From NCBI GenBank assembly GCA_945901245.1, contig CAMDKY010000002.1:11443-75442 (forward strand): DNA of 64,000 nucleotides. The letters run 5' to 3'. Below the pieces are notes generated by a model. The model was not told the DNA's origin, ran no database searches, and saw only the letters and a list, made by a program, of their open reading frames with translations. This DNA is from Polynucleobacter meluiroseus (GTDB taxonomy: Bacteria; Pseudomonadota; Gammaproteobacteria; Burkholderiales; Burkholderiaceae). The position numbers and the translations under genes were made by a program. Each line of letters starts with the position of its first letter. The stretch's first letter is position 1. Of the stretch, positions 11,020 to 24,601 are shown piece by piece.

Positions 11020-11589
11020 TTAATACGAGGGTAACAGTTGGGTTGTACTGAGTAAAGCAAGAATGAGTAGGGTTGCAAAAGCCGCTGCGAGATCATCAAT
11101 CACAATGCCAAAACCGCGCCACAGTATTTTGGGTAAGGTCGTGGGCGAGCCGGGCGCAATCCAGGCGCAGTTTTTAAAGTAAAGATCAATTGCGCCAATG
11201 GGTCCGGGCTTAACTGCATCAAAAAAACGAAAGAGGGCAAAAGCCAAAACCTGCATCCAAAATGGGGCCGGCATGATCAAGAGTAAGACCAGCCAAAAAG
11301 CCAAGATCTCGTCGAGCACAATACCGCCAAAATCAGCCGCGCCTAATTCCTCACTCACTTGCCCACAAATCCAGCAAGCGGCGATCAGTCCGCTGCCAAT
11401 AATCCAAAGCCAATCTTCGGTATTAAAAAAATACTGCCCCAGTAGAAAGAGTGCCCATGCCCAAAGGGTGCCGACCGTACCAGGAGCGAAGGGGCTTAGC
11501 CCACTACCAAACCCCAGTGCCAATGTACGGCCCGCCGTCTGAAACATCCAACGTAAAGTTGGCTTGGTTTGATTGGCGTTGATCACCAC
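11020..11589 (-). CDS. pgpA: Phosphatidylglycerophosphatase A
   Basis: LGFGSGLSPFAPGTVGTLWA and FRFFDAVKPGPI motifs. The track start is a GTG at 11589 abutting the thiL stop; an ATG at 11547 is an alternative. Confidence 0.8.
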   Translation of the reverse strand: MVINANQTKPTLRWMFQTAGRTLALGFGSGLSPFAPGTVGTLWAWALFLLGQYFFNTEDWLWIIGSGLIAACWICGQVSEELGAADFGGIVLDEILAFWLVLLLIMPAPFWMQVLAFALFRFFDAVKPGPIGAIDLYFKNCAWIAPGSPTTLPKILWRGFGIVIDDLAAAFATLLILALLSTTQLLPSY

Positions 11590-12609
11590 TTAGTTACTCT
11601 TAAAGTGATCAAAGGATTGCATCAGCCGCATGGTCTCTGCAGCATTGAGTAAATTCCCACTAGCATCCCGCAGGATGAGTGTGGGCTCAGCCCCATTGCT
11701 AGCAGAGGTAATGCTGCCAATGCGTGTGAGTGGCAGTAGGGAAGTACTGAGCGATTCCAACGCAATTCGTTTGCTGGTCGGGGCAGTGAAACACAGTTCG
11801 TAATCATCACCGCCATTAGCTGCGCATTGCCGGCGCAGTTGCTCTGTTTGTGCTGCGAGTGTGCGTGAAGTGGGCAGTTGATCAATCAGTACTTCTGCAT
11901 TGACTTGGGACGCTTTGAGGATGTGGCGTAAATCGCCCAAGAGTCCATCCGACACATCCAGGGCACTACTCGCAATGCCGCGCAATTGCATGCCAAGCGC
12001 AATGCGCGGCTCGGGCTCATGCATGCGGTGCAGGATCGTTTCTAGGCTGCTGTGATCAAGTGGCCATTCACTACGCAATGCCCCCAAAGCAAGCCTTGCA
12101 TCGCCCAGCGTGCCGGATACCCAAATATCATCACCCACCTTTGCGCCGGAGCGCTTGATGGCATCACCCCCAGGTACATGGCCCAAAGCGGTGATGCAAA
12201 TAGTGAGAGGTCCCTGAGTTGTATCACCGCCGATTAAGGGGCATTGCCACTGCTGCGCCATGCGAAACAAACCTTGGCTAAATTGCGCGAGCCAGTCCGC
12301 ATTCGCATTAGGCAGAGCAAGTGCTAAGGTAAAGCCAACTGGCTTGGCTCCCATCGCAGCAAGGTCAGAAAGGTTAACCGCTAAGGCTTTATGGCCAAGC
12401 CATTCGGCGTTGGCGCCAGCAAAAAAATGCCGGCCTTCGACCAGCATATCGCTGGTCACCGCGAGGCTTTGTGTAGCGTGTGGCTGGAGCAGGGCGCAGT
12501 CATCCCCGATCCCGAGTAGAACCTGGTTTTTTTGGGTTTGGGCCATGGATTCGGAGCCGGCATTGAAAAAACGCCAGATCAGATCAAATTCCCCTAGTTT
12601 TGCTTCCAT
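11590..12609 (-). CDS. thiL: Thiamine-monophosphate kinase
   Basis: GIGDDCALL, and GGDT within an AIR-synthase-like fold pattern. The thiL-pgpA-cinA order is conserved. Confidence 0.9.
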   Translation of the reverse strand: MEAKLGEFDLIWRFFNAGSESMAQTQKNQVLLGIGDDCALLQPHATQSLAVTSDMLVEGRHFFAGANAEWLGHKALAVNLSDLAAMGAKPVGFTLALALPNANADWLAQFSQGLFRMAQQWQCPLIGGDTTQGPLTICITALGHVPGGDAIKRSGAKVGDDIWVSGTLGDARLALGALRSEWPLDHSSLETILHRMHEPEPRIALGMQLRGIASSALDVSDGLLGDLRHILKASQVNAEVLIDQLPTSRTLAAQTEQLRRQCAANGGDDYELCFTAPTSKRIALESLSTSLLPLTRIGSITSASNGAEPTLILRDASGNLLNAAETMRLMQSFDHFKSN

Positions 12610-12682
12610 TTCCCCATTTTATGTTCGTTAGCCGTTTTGTACGGGAGAGGACTAGAATGACAATCTTCAAATCGCCATACCA

Positions 12683-15022
12683 GTGAGTCTATCGATGAGC
12701 CAAGCGGACAACAGTAAAGAACAACAAATCAAGGCCTTACGGGCTGCAGCCCTGCATTATCACGAGTTCCCGGTTCCTGGAAAGATCGAGATTGCGGCGA
12801 CTAAACAGCTCACTAATCAACGCGATTTAGCCTTGGCCTACACCCCCGGCGTTGCCGCTGCTTGTGAAGAAATCGTCAAAGACCCAGCTAACGCTTTTCG
12901 TTATACCGCACGCGGTAATTTAGTAGGCGTGATTACCAATGGCACTGCAGTACTTGGCCTTGGCAATATTGGCCCTTTGGCAAGCAAGCCGGTGATGGAA
13001 GGCAAAGCAGTCTTGTTTAAGAAGTTTGCTGGTATCGATGTCTTTGATATTGAAGTCAATGAAACCGATCCCGATAAATTGGTCGAAATCATTGCGGCGC
13101 TTGAGCCGACCTTTGGCGGTATCAATCTAGAAGACATTAAAGCCCCGGATTGCTTTTTAGTTGAGCGCAAGTTGCAAGCCCGCATGAAAATTCCGGTTTT
13201 TCATGATGATCAGCATGGCACAGCCATTGTGGTTGCGGCTGCGATTCTGAATGGCTTAAAAGTAGTTGGTAAGGATGTATCCAATGTCAAGCTCGTGACT
13301 TCGGGTGCGGGAGCGGCGGCGCTAGCCTGCATCGATTTGTTAGTCGATTTGGGCTTACCTCGAAAAAACATTTGGGTCACCGATATAGCGGGCGTGGTGT
13401 ACAAGGGCCGCAAAGAGTTAATGGATCCCGAGAAGGAGCCGTTCTCGCAAGACACGCCATTGCGCACTTTGAGTGAGGTGATTGAGGGCGCGGATATTTT
13501 CTTGGGCCTCTCCGCTGGCGGTGTTCTGAAATCCGAGATGGTGAAAAAGATGGCCGACAAGCCCTTGGTATTTGCCTTGGCAAACCCAACGCCAGAAATC
13601 TTGCCAGAGGAAGTCAAATTAGTCAGGCCCGATGCCGTGATGGCAACCGGCCGCACCGATTACCCCAATCAAGTGAACAACGTTTTGTGCTTTCCGTTTA
13701 TTTTCCGCGGCGCTTTGGATGTGGGCGCTACGACCATCACCCGCGGCATGGAAGTGGCTGCAGTCAAGGCCGTTGCTGAGCTGGCTCAGGCGGAACAAAG
13801 TGAAGTGGTTGCAGCGGTCTACAGTACCGAGAATTTATCGTTTGGTCCTGAGTATTTGATTCCGAAACCCTTTGATCCCCGCTTAATTACGGTGATTGCG
13901 CCGGCGGTTGCAAAAGCGGCGATGGATGATGGCGTTGCCCTGCGCCCGATCAAAGATTTTGATGCCTACCGTAATCAGCTCCAGCAGTTTGTGTACCACT
14001 CTGGTACCTTGATGAAGCCGCTCTTTACGATCGCCAAAGGCGTTCCTGAAGCGCAAAAACGCATCGTCTTCTGCGAAGGTGAGGATGAGCGTGTATTGCG
14101 TGCTGTGCAGATTGTGCTGGATGAGGGTATTGCAAAGCCAATCTTGATTGGTCGCCCTAGTGTGATTGAGCACCGGATTGAGAAATTTGGTTTGCGTATG
14201 GCTAGCGGCGCCGACATTGATATTGTCAATCCAGAGAATGATGCTCGTTTTAGCGACTTTTGGAAATCCTATTTGGCCATCATGGAGCGCAAGGGCGTTA
14301 CCGCTTCGTTTGCCAAGCTGGAGATGCGTCGCCGTAATACGCTCATTGGGGCTACCTTACTTTCAAAGGGCATGGCCGATGGTTTGATCTGCGGCACCAT
14401 CAGTAAAGTGTCGACTCACCTTAAATACATTGATGAGGTGATTGGCCATGAAAAAGGCGCCAAGGTCTATGGCGCGATGAGCGGATTGATTCTGCCTGGA
14501 CGCCAAGTGTTTTTAGTCGATACCCACGTCAATATCGATCCCACCGCTGAAGAGTTGGCAGCCATTACCTTGATGGCGGCCAGTGAGATGCGTAAATTGG
14601 GCATGACGCCTAAAGTCGCTTTGTTATCGCATTCGAATTTTGGTAGCAGTGATGCACCTTCCGCAGTAAAGATGCGTTCCGTTCTCTCCATTTTGCAAGA
14701 GCTGGCTCCAGATCTTGAGGTTGATGGTGAAATGCACGGTGATTGCGCGCTCGATGCGGAAGTGCGGGCAGGAGCGGTGACATCATCGCCATTAGTTGGC
14801 GCAGCTAATTTATTGGTACTGCCTAATATTGATGCGGCGAACATTTCTTACAACCTGCTCAAGACTGCGGCTGGAAATGGCATCGCGATCGGCCCTCTGT
14901 TGTTAGGGGTGGCCAAGCCAGTGCATATTTTGACTCCGGCAGCGACCGTTCGCCGGATCGTGAATGTCACTGCATTAACGGTGGTTGAGGCAGCTAGCAA
15001 GGCCAGAATCAAGGCAAATTAA
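12683..15022 (+). CDS. maeB: NADP-dependent malic enzyme with C-terminal phosphotransacetylase-like domain
   Basis: 779 aa. Malic enzyme N-terminal half ([21 protein letters not shown]) plus a PTA-like C-terminal half. Start is ambiguous (GTG at 12683 or ATG at 12695). Confidence 0.9.
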   Translation: MSLSMSQADNSKEQQIKALRAAALHYHEFPVPGKIEIAATKQLTNQRDLALAYTPGVAAACEEIVKDPANAFRYTARGNLVGVITNGTAVLGLGNIGPLASKPVMEGKAVLFKKFAGIDVFDIEVNETDPDKLVEIIAALEPTFGGINLEDIKAPDCFLVERKLQARMKIPVFHDDQHGTAIVVAAAILNGLKVVGKDVSNVKLVTSGAGAAALACIDLLVDLGLPRKNIWVTDIAGVVYKGRKELMDPEKEPFSQDTPLRTLSEVIEGADIFLGLSAGGVLKSEMVKKMADKPLVFALANPTPEILPEEVKLVRPDAVMATGRTDYPNQVNNVLCFPFIFRGALDVGATTITRGMEVAAVKAVAELAQAEQSEVVAAVYSTENLSFGPEYLIPKPFDPRLITVIAPAVAKAAMDDGVALRPIKDFDAYRNQLQQFVYHSGTLMKPLFTIAKGVPEAQKRIVFCEGEDERVLRAVQIVLDEGIAKPILIGRPSVIEHRIEKFGLRMASGADIDIVNPENDARFSDFWKSYLAIMERKGVTASFAKLEMRRRNTLIGATLLSKGMADGLICGTISKVSTHLKYIDEVIGHEKGAKVYGAMSGLILPGRQVFLVDTHVNIDPTAEELAAITLMAASEMRKLGMTPKVALLSHSNFGSSDAPSAVKMRSVLSILQELAPDLEVDGEMHGDCALDAEVRAGAVTSSPLVGAANLLVLPNIDAANISYNLLKTAAGNGIAIGPLLLGVAKPVHILTPAATVRRIVNVTALTVVEAASKARIKAN

Positions 15023-15030
15023 GGTTAATT

Positions 15031-15060
15031 TATATATGTGAGCAAATGCTCACATATATA
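15031..15060. terminator. Perfect 14-bp inverted repeat (terminator hairpin or operator-like palindrome)
   Basis: tatatatgtgagca-aa-tgctcacatatata, 8 nt after the maeB stop. Confidence 0.5.
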
Positions 15061-15147
15061 TTTATCTATATTAATCAATAGTTTATAAAAAAACAACTGT
15101 TATGAGGCTTGATTTGGCGGCGGCTTAGGGGTAACCTAGCAACCATC

Positions 15148-15762
15148 ATGAATAATCCTGAAATTACATCCGCTGAGTGGGACGATCACAGTCGCGCCGA
15201 AAGCTGGGATCGAAACGAACAGTCTGATGGTGAGCCATCGGCAACCAATGTGTACGCTCAGGGTGGTTTGTCGCGTCTGCAAACCCTCGCAGCCAATCAT
15301 GCTTCTGGAAAAAAAGTGCCCGCATCGTGGCGCGCTGCCCTAGCAGTGCGTGATGCCGGCCCGCCTGCGATGCTCCGTAGTGTTCGCCCTAATATTGTTC
15401 AATCAATCCGGGCCTTCCGCACAACCGATTTAATGGAAGCAGCAGCCGAGCTCGGTCAGCATTTTATCTACGCCAATTGCGCAAATGGTCTCACCAAGAG
15501 CGAAGTGCTCGAGTCGATCGCCAATGCCTATGTGTTTACCAAGCAGCAAGCGAAGAATTACGATCCTTTATTGGATACCTTAACCACCATGGTGGATAAG
15601 GCAGGCCCACAACCGGGTTTCGTGGTGGTGTTGGAAGGTTTGCCTTGCACCCAGAAATTTGACAAAGAAGCGCGCGAGACTTTATTGGATGTCTTCCGTG
15701 ATGCGGTTGATTTCTGGTCTGAGCGCCGCGTGCCGTATCGGGTGTTCTACTCCTTCGCGTAA
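15148..15762 (+). CDS. Barstar-like (RNase inhibitor fold) protein with a long N-terminal extension
   Basis: The C-terminal ~95 aa aligns by eye with Bacillus barstar: NYDPLLDTLT vs NLDALWDCLT, VVVLEGL vs LVLEWRQ, LLDVFRDA vs VLQVFREA. The ORF track starts at a TTG at 15109; the ATG at 15148 is preferred. Confidence 0.5.
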   Translation: MNNPEITSAEWDDHSRAESWDRNEQSDGEPSATNVYAQGGLSRLQTLAANHASGKKVPASWRAALAVRDAGPPAMLRSVRPNIVQSIRAFRTTDLMEAAAELGQHFIYANCANGLTKSEVLESIANAYVFTKQQAKNYDPLLDTLTTMVDKAGPQPGFVVVLEGLPCTQKFDKEARETLLDVFRDAVDFWSERRVPYRVFYSFA

Positions 15763-15780
15763 AACCCCCGCTTTGCTACA

Positions 15781-15813
15781 AGCCCTTGATCTGCTTGGAT
15801 CCAGGGCTTTTTT
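15781..15813 (+). terminator. Rho-independent terminator
   Basis: Stem AGCCCTtGATC / GATCcAGGGCT with a 6-nt loop, followed by a T6 run. It lies between convergent genes. Confidence 0.6.
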
Positions 15814-15827
15814 ATTACCCGATTAGA

Positions 15828-16580
15828 TTAGCGACCCCAAATCGCGTGGATCGCGCTGATGGCTACTATGCCAGCGGTCTCGGTACGCAATATGCGCTTA
15901 CCCAAAGACACCGCCTGAAATCCCGCTTTGATGGCGAGCCCGATTTCTTCTGGGGTAAATCCCCCTTCTGGCCCAATCAAGAGGATTATATTTTGGGCAG
16001 GCAATGGCGCAATGATTGTCGATAAGGACGGGTGCTCCCCGGTGCAGAAAATCAGTTTGAGGGCGCCACTGAAGTGATCATCAGCGGCTGTACTAAGGTA
16101 ATCCGCAATCGCCTGTATGGGCTCTACTTGGGGCAGCACGGTGCGCTCGCATTGCTCGCAGGCAGCTTGCGTAATGGCGCGCCAGTGGATTAAGCGCTTT
16201 TGCGCACGCTCGGCATCACTGCTGCGGTGTAGTTTGATCACGGAACGTTCACATTGCAGGGGCGTAATGCGACTGGCGCCGGTCTCCACCGCTTTTTCGA
16301 TGACCCAATCCATCTTATCGCCACCAGCCAGGCCTTGGGCCAGGGTGATGCCATAGGGTGGCTCGCTTTGGGTGTCCTGTTTTACGTTGGTAACCGCCAG
16401 TTCGCCGGATTTGTTGCCCAAACGGACGAGGGTGGCGGAGGCAATTTGCCCAAGGCCATCAAAAATGGGAATGACTTCGCCCTCGCTGATGCGCCTAACC
16501 CGCAGGTGGTGCAGCAACTCCGCTGGCAAGGGGTGGGGTTTTTGGGTTTCCCAGGGAGGAGGAAGATAAAATTGAGGCAT
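15828..16580 (-). CDS. rsmE: 16S rRNA (uracil1498-N3)-methyltransferase
   Basis: N-terminus MPQFYLPPPW, and a C-terminal SPOUT motif (IGPEGGFTPEE..., LGKRILRTETA). Confidence 0.85.
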   Translation of the reverse strand: MPQFYLPPPWETQKPHPLPAELLHHLRVRRISEGEVIPIFDGLGQIASATLVRLGNKSGELAVTNVKQDTQSEPPYGITLAQGLAGGDKMDWVIEKAVETGASRITPLQCERSVIKLHRSSDAERAQKRLIHWRAITQAACEQCERTVLPQVEPIQAIADYLSTAADDHFSGALKLIFCTGEHPSLSTIIAPLPAQNIILLIGPEGGFTPEEIGLAIKAGFQAVSLGKRILRTETAGIVAISAIHAIWGR

Positions 16581-16623
16581 TACCGCAATATAGCCAATTT
16601 AATTCCTTCGAGACCAATTTACG

Positions 16624-18618
16624 ATGTCAAATTTACAAATCCGCATGGCCAATGCCATTCGCGCACTTTCGATGGACGCAGTACAGCAGGCCAATTCTGG
16701 GCACCCGGGTATGCCGATGGGCATGGCCGATATTGCAGTCGCGCTATGGGATCAGCATTTGCAACATAACCCAGCCGATCCGGATTGGATTAATCGTGAT
16801 CGCTTTGTGCTCTCCAATGGCCATGGCTCGATGTTGCTCTATGCACTATTGCATCTCACCGGCTATGACTTGCCGATGAGTGAGTTAAAAAATTTCCGTC
16901 AGTTACACAGCAAGACACCAGGTCATCCGGAATTCGGGATTACGCCGGGCGTGGAGACCACCACCGGCCCCTTGGGTCAAGGCATCTCCAATGCAGTCGG
17001 CATGGCCTTGGCTGAAAAATTACTCGCTGAAGAATTTAATCGCCCTGGCTTTAATATCGTTGACCATTACACTTACGCTTTTTTGGGTGACGGGTGCTTG
17101 ATGGAGGGTATCAGTCATGAGGTATGTTCCTTGGCTGGCACACTCAAGCTCAATAAACTCATCGCGCTGTGGGATGACAACGGCATTTCGATTGATGGCA
17201 AGGTTGTTGCGTGGTTTAACGAAGATACCCCCAAGCGTTTTGAAGCCTATGGCTGGAATGTGATTCGGGGGGTTGATGGCCACAATGCCAGCACCGTTGC
17301 AAACGCGATTACCAGTGCAAAGCAAAGCGATAAACCCACCTTAATTTGTTGCAAAACGGCAATTGGCCAAGGCTCACCGAATATGGCGGGCAGCGATAAA
17401 GTGCACGGCTCTCCACTCGGTGCTGATGAAATCGCTGCTACGCGCAAGGCCTTGAACTGGACCACACCACCCTTTGAAGTGCCCGAGGATTTGTACTTGG
17501 CCTGGGATTTTCGGGGGCGCGGCCAAACTATTCAAGGGCAATGGAATGCGCGCTTTGCTGACTATCAAAAAGCCCATCCTCGCTCAGCAGCTGAACTCGT
17601 GCGCCGCATGCGCGGCGATTTGCCATCGGACTTTGCAGCAAAACTGCAAGCGCTGCTCGCGCAATGCCAAGCCAAAGCGGAAACGATTGCGACGCGCAAG
17701 TCGAGTCAGAATGCGATTGAAGCATTAGCACCTGCCGTTCCAGAAATGATGGGTGGCTCTGCGGACTTAACCGGTTCGAACTTAACCAATTGGAGTGCAT
17801 GCAAACCCGTACGTGCGAATCAGTGGGGTAATCACATTAACTATGGTGTGCGCGAGTTTGGTATGAGCGCGATCATGAACGGCATGGCATTGCATGGCGG
17901 CTACATTCCGTTTGGTGGCACCTTCCTGACCTTCTCGGATTACAGTCGCAATGCGCTGCGCATGGCGGCCCTCATGAAACTGCGCAGTATTTTTGTGTTT
18001 ACCCACGACTCGATCGGCTTGGGTGAAGATGGCCCTACCCATCAGTCGGTGGAGCAGGTATCGAGTTTGCGTCTGATACCTAATTTAGCGGTATGGCGTC
18101 CTTGCGATACGACCGAGAGTGCGGTTGCCTGGGGCGCGGCGCTTGAGCGTCGGCACGGCCCTAGTGCATTGATTTTTAGTCGCCAAAACTGCCCATTTGT
18201 AGCGCGTTCGCCAAAACAAATCGAGAACATCGCACGCGGTGGCTATGTGGTGCACGAGCCCAGCAAGGCAGCCAAGGCGGTCATCATCGCGACCGGCTCT
18301 GAGGTCGGCTTAGCATTGCAAACGGCGCAGCAGCTAGCAAAAGAGGGCACATCAGTACGCGTTGTATCGATGCCGTCCACCAGCTACTTTGATCAGCAAG
18401 ACGTGCAATACAAAGCCAGCGTATTACCGGCGGGTTTACCGCGCATTGCGATTGAGGCAGGTGTGACGGATTACTGGTGGAAGTATGGCTGCGTGGCAGT
18501 CCATGGCGTGGATACCTTCGGTGAGTCTGCGCCCGCGAATCAGCTATATGCGTATTTTGGTTTAACCGTTGATCAGATTAGTACCACGGTAAAGCAGTGC
18601 ATTGCACAAGCGAAGTAA
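16624..18618 (+). CDS. tkt: Transketolase
   Basis: 664 aa. [21 protein letters not shown] and [15 protein letters not shown] motifs. Confidence 0.95.
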   Translation: MSNLQIRMANAIRALSMDAVQQANSGHPGMPMGMADIAVALWDQHLQHNPADPDWINRDRFVLSNGHGSMLLYALLHLTGYDLPMSELKNFRQLHSKTPGHPEFGITPGVETTTGPLGQGISNAVGMALAEKLLAEEFNRPGFNIVDHYTYAFLGDGCLMEGISHEVCSLAGTLKLNKLIALWDDNGISIDGKVVAWFNEDTPKRFEAYGWNVIRGVDGHNASTVANAITSAKQSDKPTLICCKTAIGQGSPNMAGSDKVHGSPLGADEIAATRKALNWTTPPFEVPEDLYLAWDFRGRGQTIQGQWNARFADYQKAHPRSAAELVRRMRGDLPSDFAAKLQALLAQCQAKAETIATRKSSQNAIEALAPAVPEMMGGSADLTGSNLTNWSACKPVRANQWGNHINYGVREFGMSAIMNGMALHGGYIPFGGTFLTFSDYSRNALRMAALMKLRSIFVFTHDSIGLGEDGPTHQSVEQVSSLRLIPNLAVWRPCDTTESAVAWGAALERRHGPSALIFSRQNCPFVARSPKQIENIARGGYVVHEPSKAAKAVIIATGSEVGLALQTAQQLAKEGTSVRVVSMPSTSYFDQQDVQYKASVLPAGLPRIAIEAGVTDYWWKYGCVAVHGVDTFGESAPANQLYAYFGLTVDQISTTVKQCIAQAK

Positions 18619-18663
18619 GAATTTACCGAAGTAAACACGATAGAAAAGAGTAGAGGAATAGCG

Positions 18664-19689
18664 ATGGCAATTCGGGTTGCAATTAATGGGTATGGCCGTA
18701 TTGGCCGCATGGTACTGCGTGCTTTATATGAGAGCCAGCCAAACTTAGATCGCCAGCGCGACATCAAAATTGTTGCCATCAATGCGATGGGTGATATTGA
18801 TATCAACGCCCACCTCACACAATACGACTCAGCGCATGGCCGTTTCCCGGGTACGGTAACAGTGGATGGCGATCACATGGTGGTCAATGGCGATCGCATC
18901 AAAATGTATTCGACGCGCAATCCGCTGGAGACCCCATGGGGCCAGCATCAGGTCGATTTAGTGCTGGAGTGCTCGGGTAAATTTACCTCAAAAGAAAAGG
19001 CCATGGTACACATTCAGCAAGGGGCAAAAAAAGTATTGATCTCAGCTCCTGGCGAAAAAGACGTTGATGCAACCATCGTCTATGGCGTAAATCAAAAAGT
19101 ACTTAAGCCCAGTGATGTCGTGGTCTCGAATGCCAGTTGCACTACCAACTGCTTAGCGCCTTTAGTCAAGCCCTTGCTCGATGCCATTGGCATTGAATCC
19201 GGTTTAATGACCACCATCCATGCCTTCACTAATGATCAGGTATTGACGGACGTGTATCACAAGGACATGCGTCGCGCGCGCTCTGCGTCAACTAGTATGA
19301 TTCCAACCAAAACCGGCGCTGCCAAAGCAATTGGCATGGTTTTACCAGAGCTAGCTGGTCGCTTTGATGGGCTTGCAATGCGTGTGCCCATAATTAATGT
19401 ATCGGTGGTTGATTTAACCTTTGTGGCTAAGCGCGCCACTAGCGTAGACGAGGTCAACGCGGTCCTGAAAAAAGCCAGCGAAGGCGAGCTCAAGGGTATT
19501 TTGGGCTTTAACATCTTGCCCCTGGTATCGATCGACTTTAACCACGACCCCCGCCCCAGTATTTACGACGCCAGCCAAACGCGGGTTTCGGCCGATGGCA
19601 AGCTGGTCAAAGTACTGGCTTGGTATGACAACGAGTGGGGGTATTCAGTGCAGATGCTCAATGCCGCTGAAGCATTGATGGCAGCCTAG
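18664..19689 (+). CDS. gap: Glyceraldehyde-3-phosphate dehydrogenase (type I)
   Basis: INGYGRIGR, the active site [12 protein letters not shown], and WYDNEWGYS. Confidence 0.95.
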   Translation: MAIRVAINGYGRIGRMVLRALYESQPNLDRQRDIKIVAINAMGDIDINAHLTQYDSAHGRFPGTVTVDGDHMVVNGDRIKMYSTRNPLETPWGQHQVDLVLECSGKFTSKEKAMVHIQQGAKKVLISAPGEKDVDATIVYGVNQKVLKPSDVVVSNASCTTNCLAPLVKPLLDAIGIESGLMTTIHAFTNDQVLTDVYHKDMRRARSASTSMIPTKTGAAKAIGMVLPELAGRFDGLAMRVPIINVSVVDLTFVAKRATSVDEVNAVLKKASEGELKGILGFNILPLVSIDFNHDPRPSIYDASQTRVSADGKLVKVLAWYDNEWGYSVQMLNAAEALMAA

Positions 19690-19720
19690 GCAAAACAGCC
19701 AAACGGCGACTGCAATTGCT

Positions 19721-19748
19721 AAAAAAGGGGCTCTTTTGCCCCTTTTTG
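19721..19748. terminator. Bidirectional rho-independent terminator between gap and fur
   Basis: AAAAAA-GGGGC-tctttt-GCCCC-TTTTT, between convergent genes. Confidence 0.7.
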
Positions 19749-19759
19749 CATGAAACGGC

Positions 19760-20215
19760 TTATTTACGCTTGTGGGCGCAGTTTTTCTTTTGGCAATGCC
19801 CATACATGGCTAGGGAGTGCTCCTCAAGGGCAAAACCCAAGGATTTGGCGATCTCTTTTTGGCGCCGCTCAATCGCAGCATCGACAAATTCCTCTACGTG
19901 GCCACAGTCAAGGCAAACAAGATGATCGTGGTGCGTACCCTCATTGAGCTCATAAATTGCCCGGCTATCGCCTTTGCTGGACTCAAAATGACTGCGCAGC
20001 AAAAGGCCTGCCTGCTCAAACTGGGTGAGCACCCGATAGATCGTAGCCAGACCAATGTCTTTGTCTTCTTTGGCCATGGCCATGAAGATTTCTTCGGCAC
20101 TGAAATGGGCGCCTGGATGCTGATGAAAAAAATCCAGGATCTGCATACGGGGAGCCGTGGCTTTGAGGCCAATATCCCGTAAATCGGCTGGGGAGGGGTT
20201 TTGGTTCATAGGCAT
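19760..20215 (-). CDS. fur: Ferric uptake regulator
   Basis: LKATAPRMQIL, IGLATIYRVL and HHDHLVCLDCGHVEEF motifs. Confidence 0.9.
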   Translation of the reverse strand: MPMNQNPSPADLRDIGLKATAPRMQILDFFHQHPGAHFSAEEIFMAMAKEDKDIGLATIYRVLTQFEQAGLLLRSHFESSKGDSRAIYELNEGTHHDHLVCLDCGHVEEFVDAAIERRQKEIAKSLGFALEEHSLAMYGHCQKKNCAHKRK

Positions 20216-20293
20216 CGATTGAGGGCTAAAATCAAGATCTTAATGATACGACTTGCCATGCAAAACTGCCTTTTACCGATAAGTAGCGTCCCA

Positions 20294-20869
20294 ATGCGGG
20301 TTTTAAGCCCCGGCAAGCGATTGCTGCGCTGGTGCACGCTGGCTTCAATCGTATTGGTCGCCTTGATCGCAACCGGCTGCTCGACCAAGGTCGATGAAAC
20401 CCAGCGGACGATAATGAACAGTATTTTTCGGCCCTATGTGCCGGATATTGTTCAGGGCAACTTTATTTCCAGCGAGCAATACGCCAAGCTTGAAGTTGGC
20501 ATGAGCCGGGAGCAGGTGCGGCAAATTTTGGGCACCCCATTATTAGCCAGTTACTTTCATGCTAATCGCTGGGATTATGTATTTGAATTTAAACGCCTTG
20601 GTGAAAAAATCAGTAAAGAGCGGCGCGTGACGGTGTTCTTCGATGGCGATAAGGTAACGAAGTTTAATGGTGACGCATTGCCAACCGAAGTTGAGCTTGT
20701 TGCAGAAATCGACAACTATGCGAAGAACAGGCGCTCGTTCTGGGATATCGTCACTGGTCAAAATAAGGCTCCGATTACACCACCATTACAACAGCCCGAG
20801 CTATTGGTTCCAAGCAAGCCGAGTCCACCCATTCCGCCGAGCGGCCCCATCGTCACACCAGTCAAGTAA
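20294..20869 (+). CDS. bamE: Outer membrane protein assembly factor BamE (SmpA/OmlA lipoprotein)
   Basis: Lipobox LIATGC, then IVQGNFISSEQYAKLEVGMSREQVRQILGTPLL...RWDYVF. It has a Pro-rich C-terminal tail. The ORF track starts at 20201, overlapping fur; the ATG at 20294 is preferred. Confidence 0.8.
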   Translation: MRVLSPGKRLLRWCTLASIVLVALIATGCSTKVDETQRTIMNSIFRPYVPDIVQGNFISSEQYAKLEVGMSREQVRQILGTPLLASYFHANRWDYVFEFKRLGEKISKERRVTVFFDGDKVTKFNGDALPTEVELVAEIDNYAKNRRSFWDIVTGQNKAPITPPLQQPELLVPSKPSPPIPPSGPIVTPVK

Positions 20870-20953
20870 GCGGCGTTGATGCCGGGCCAGTAATGCCGAA
20901 GTGGAATTGTAAAAAATTAGTTAAGCAGAGTTAATTAAGCAAAGAGTGAGATT

Positions 20954-21754
20954 ATGAAAATCGCAATCGCAGGAGCGAGTGGCCGAATGGGCCGAATGCT
21001 AATTGAGGCGGTATTGCAATTGCCGGATGCCACTTTAGTGGGCGCGCTGGATCACGCATCCTGTCCTGTTTTAGGTGAAGACGCTGGCGCCTTCTTGGGT
21101 AAAAAAACGGGAATAATGATTACGGCTGATCTGGAGGATAGTTTACGTGATGCCGACTACTTGATTGACTTCACCCGGCCCGAGGGCACGATGCTGCATT
21201 TAGCTGTCTGCACTGCCCACGGCGTCAAGATGATTATTGGCACGACTGGATTAAGTGCCGATCAAATAGCCCAACTGAAAACCGCATCAAGCAAGATTGC
21301 GATGGTGTTTGCTCCTAATATGAGTGTGGGGGTTAATGTCACCTTAAAGTTATTGGAGGTAGCTGCCAAAATACTGGATACGGGCTACGACATTGAGATC
21401 ATCGAAGCGCACCACCGCCATAAGGTGGACGCGCCATCGGGTACGGCACTGAAGATGGGTGAAGTCATTGCCGGCGCCTTGGGGCAATCTTTGAACGACG
21501 TAGCGGTCTACGTGCGCGAAGGTCATACTGGTGAGCGCAAGTCTGGATCGATTGGTTTTGCAACCATTCGGGGCGGCGATATTGTCGGTGATCACACGGT
21601 GCTCTTTGCAGGCGAGGGTGAGCGCATTGAGATTAGTCATAAATCGTCTAGCCGTCAGTCCTATGCTCAGGGATCGATTCGGGCGGCACGCTTTTTAGAG
21701 AAAAAAACATCCGGTCTATTTGATATGCAAGACGTTCTTGGTTTGCGTTCATAA
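20954..21754 (+). CDS. dapB: 4-hydroxy-tetrahydrodipicolinate reductase
   Basis: [14 protein letters not shown] and [15 protein letters not shown] motifs. Confidence 0.95.
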   Translation: MKIAIAGASGRMGRMLIEAVLQLPDATLVGALDHASCPVLGEDAGAFLGKKTGIMITADLEDSLRDADYLIDFTRPEGTMLHLAVCTAHGVKMIIGTTGLSADQIAQLKTASSKIAMVFAPNMSVGVNVTLKLLEVAAKILDTGYDIEIIEAHHRHKVDAPSGTALKMGEVIAGALGQSLNDVAVYVREGHTGERKSGSIGFATIRGGDIVGDHTVLFAGEGERIEISHKSSSRQSYAQGSIRAARFLEKKTSGLFDMQDVLGLRS

Positions 21755-24517
<2,763 letters not shown>

Positions 24518-24601
24518 CGGAATAGAGGCACCATCATCAACTCCAAGATAAGCAATCCTGCAGCGAACCTAAGTGCAAAGGGCAAGAGCCCAATACCCAG
24601 T

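Noticed and set aside
16254-16769. 171-aa plus-strand ORF. Similar long antisense ORFs occur at 26149-26631, 28559-29029, 45263-45670 and 45677-46126.
   Set aside because: All are fully embedded antisense to genes with strong family signatures (rsmE, proA, the THUMP methyltransferase, rfbC/waaC). Their Arg/Ala/Ser-rich translations have no recognisable motifs, so they are typical shadow ORFs.
20216-20293. Possible Fur box in the fur/bamE divergent region (cttaatgatacgac)
   Set aside because: Only one hexamer (AATGAT) resembles the GATAAT-type repeat, and there is no convincing 19-bp palindrome. This is too weak to call by eye.
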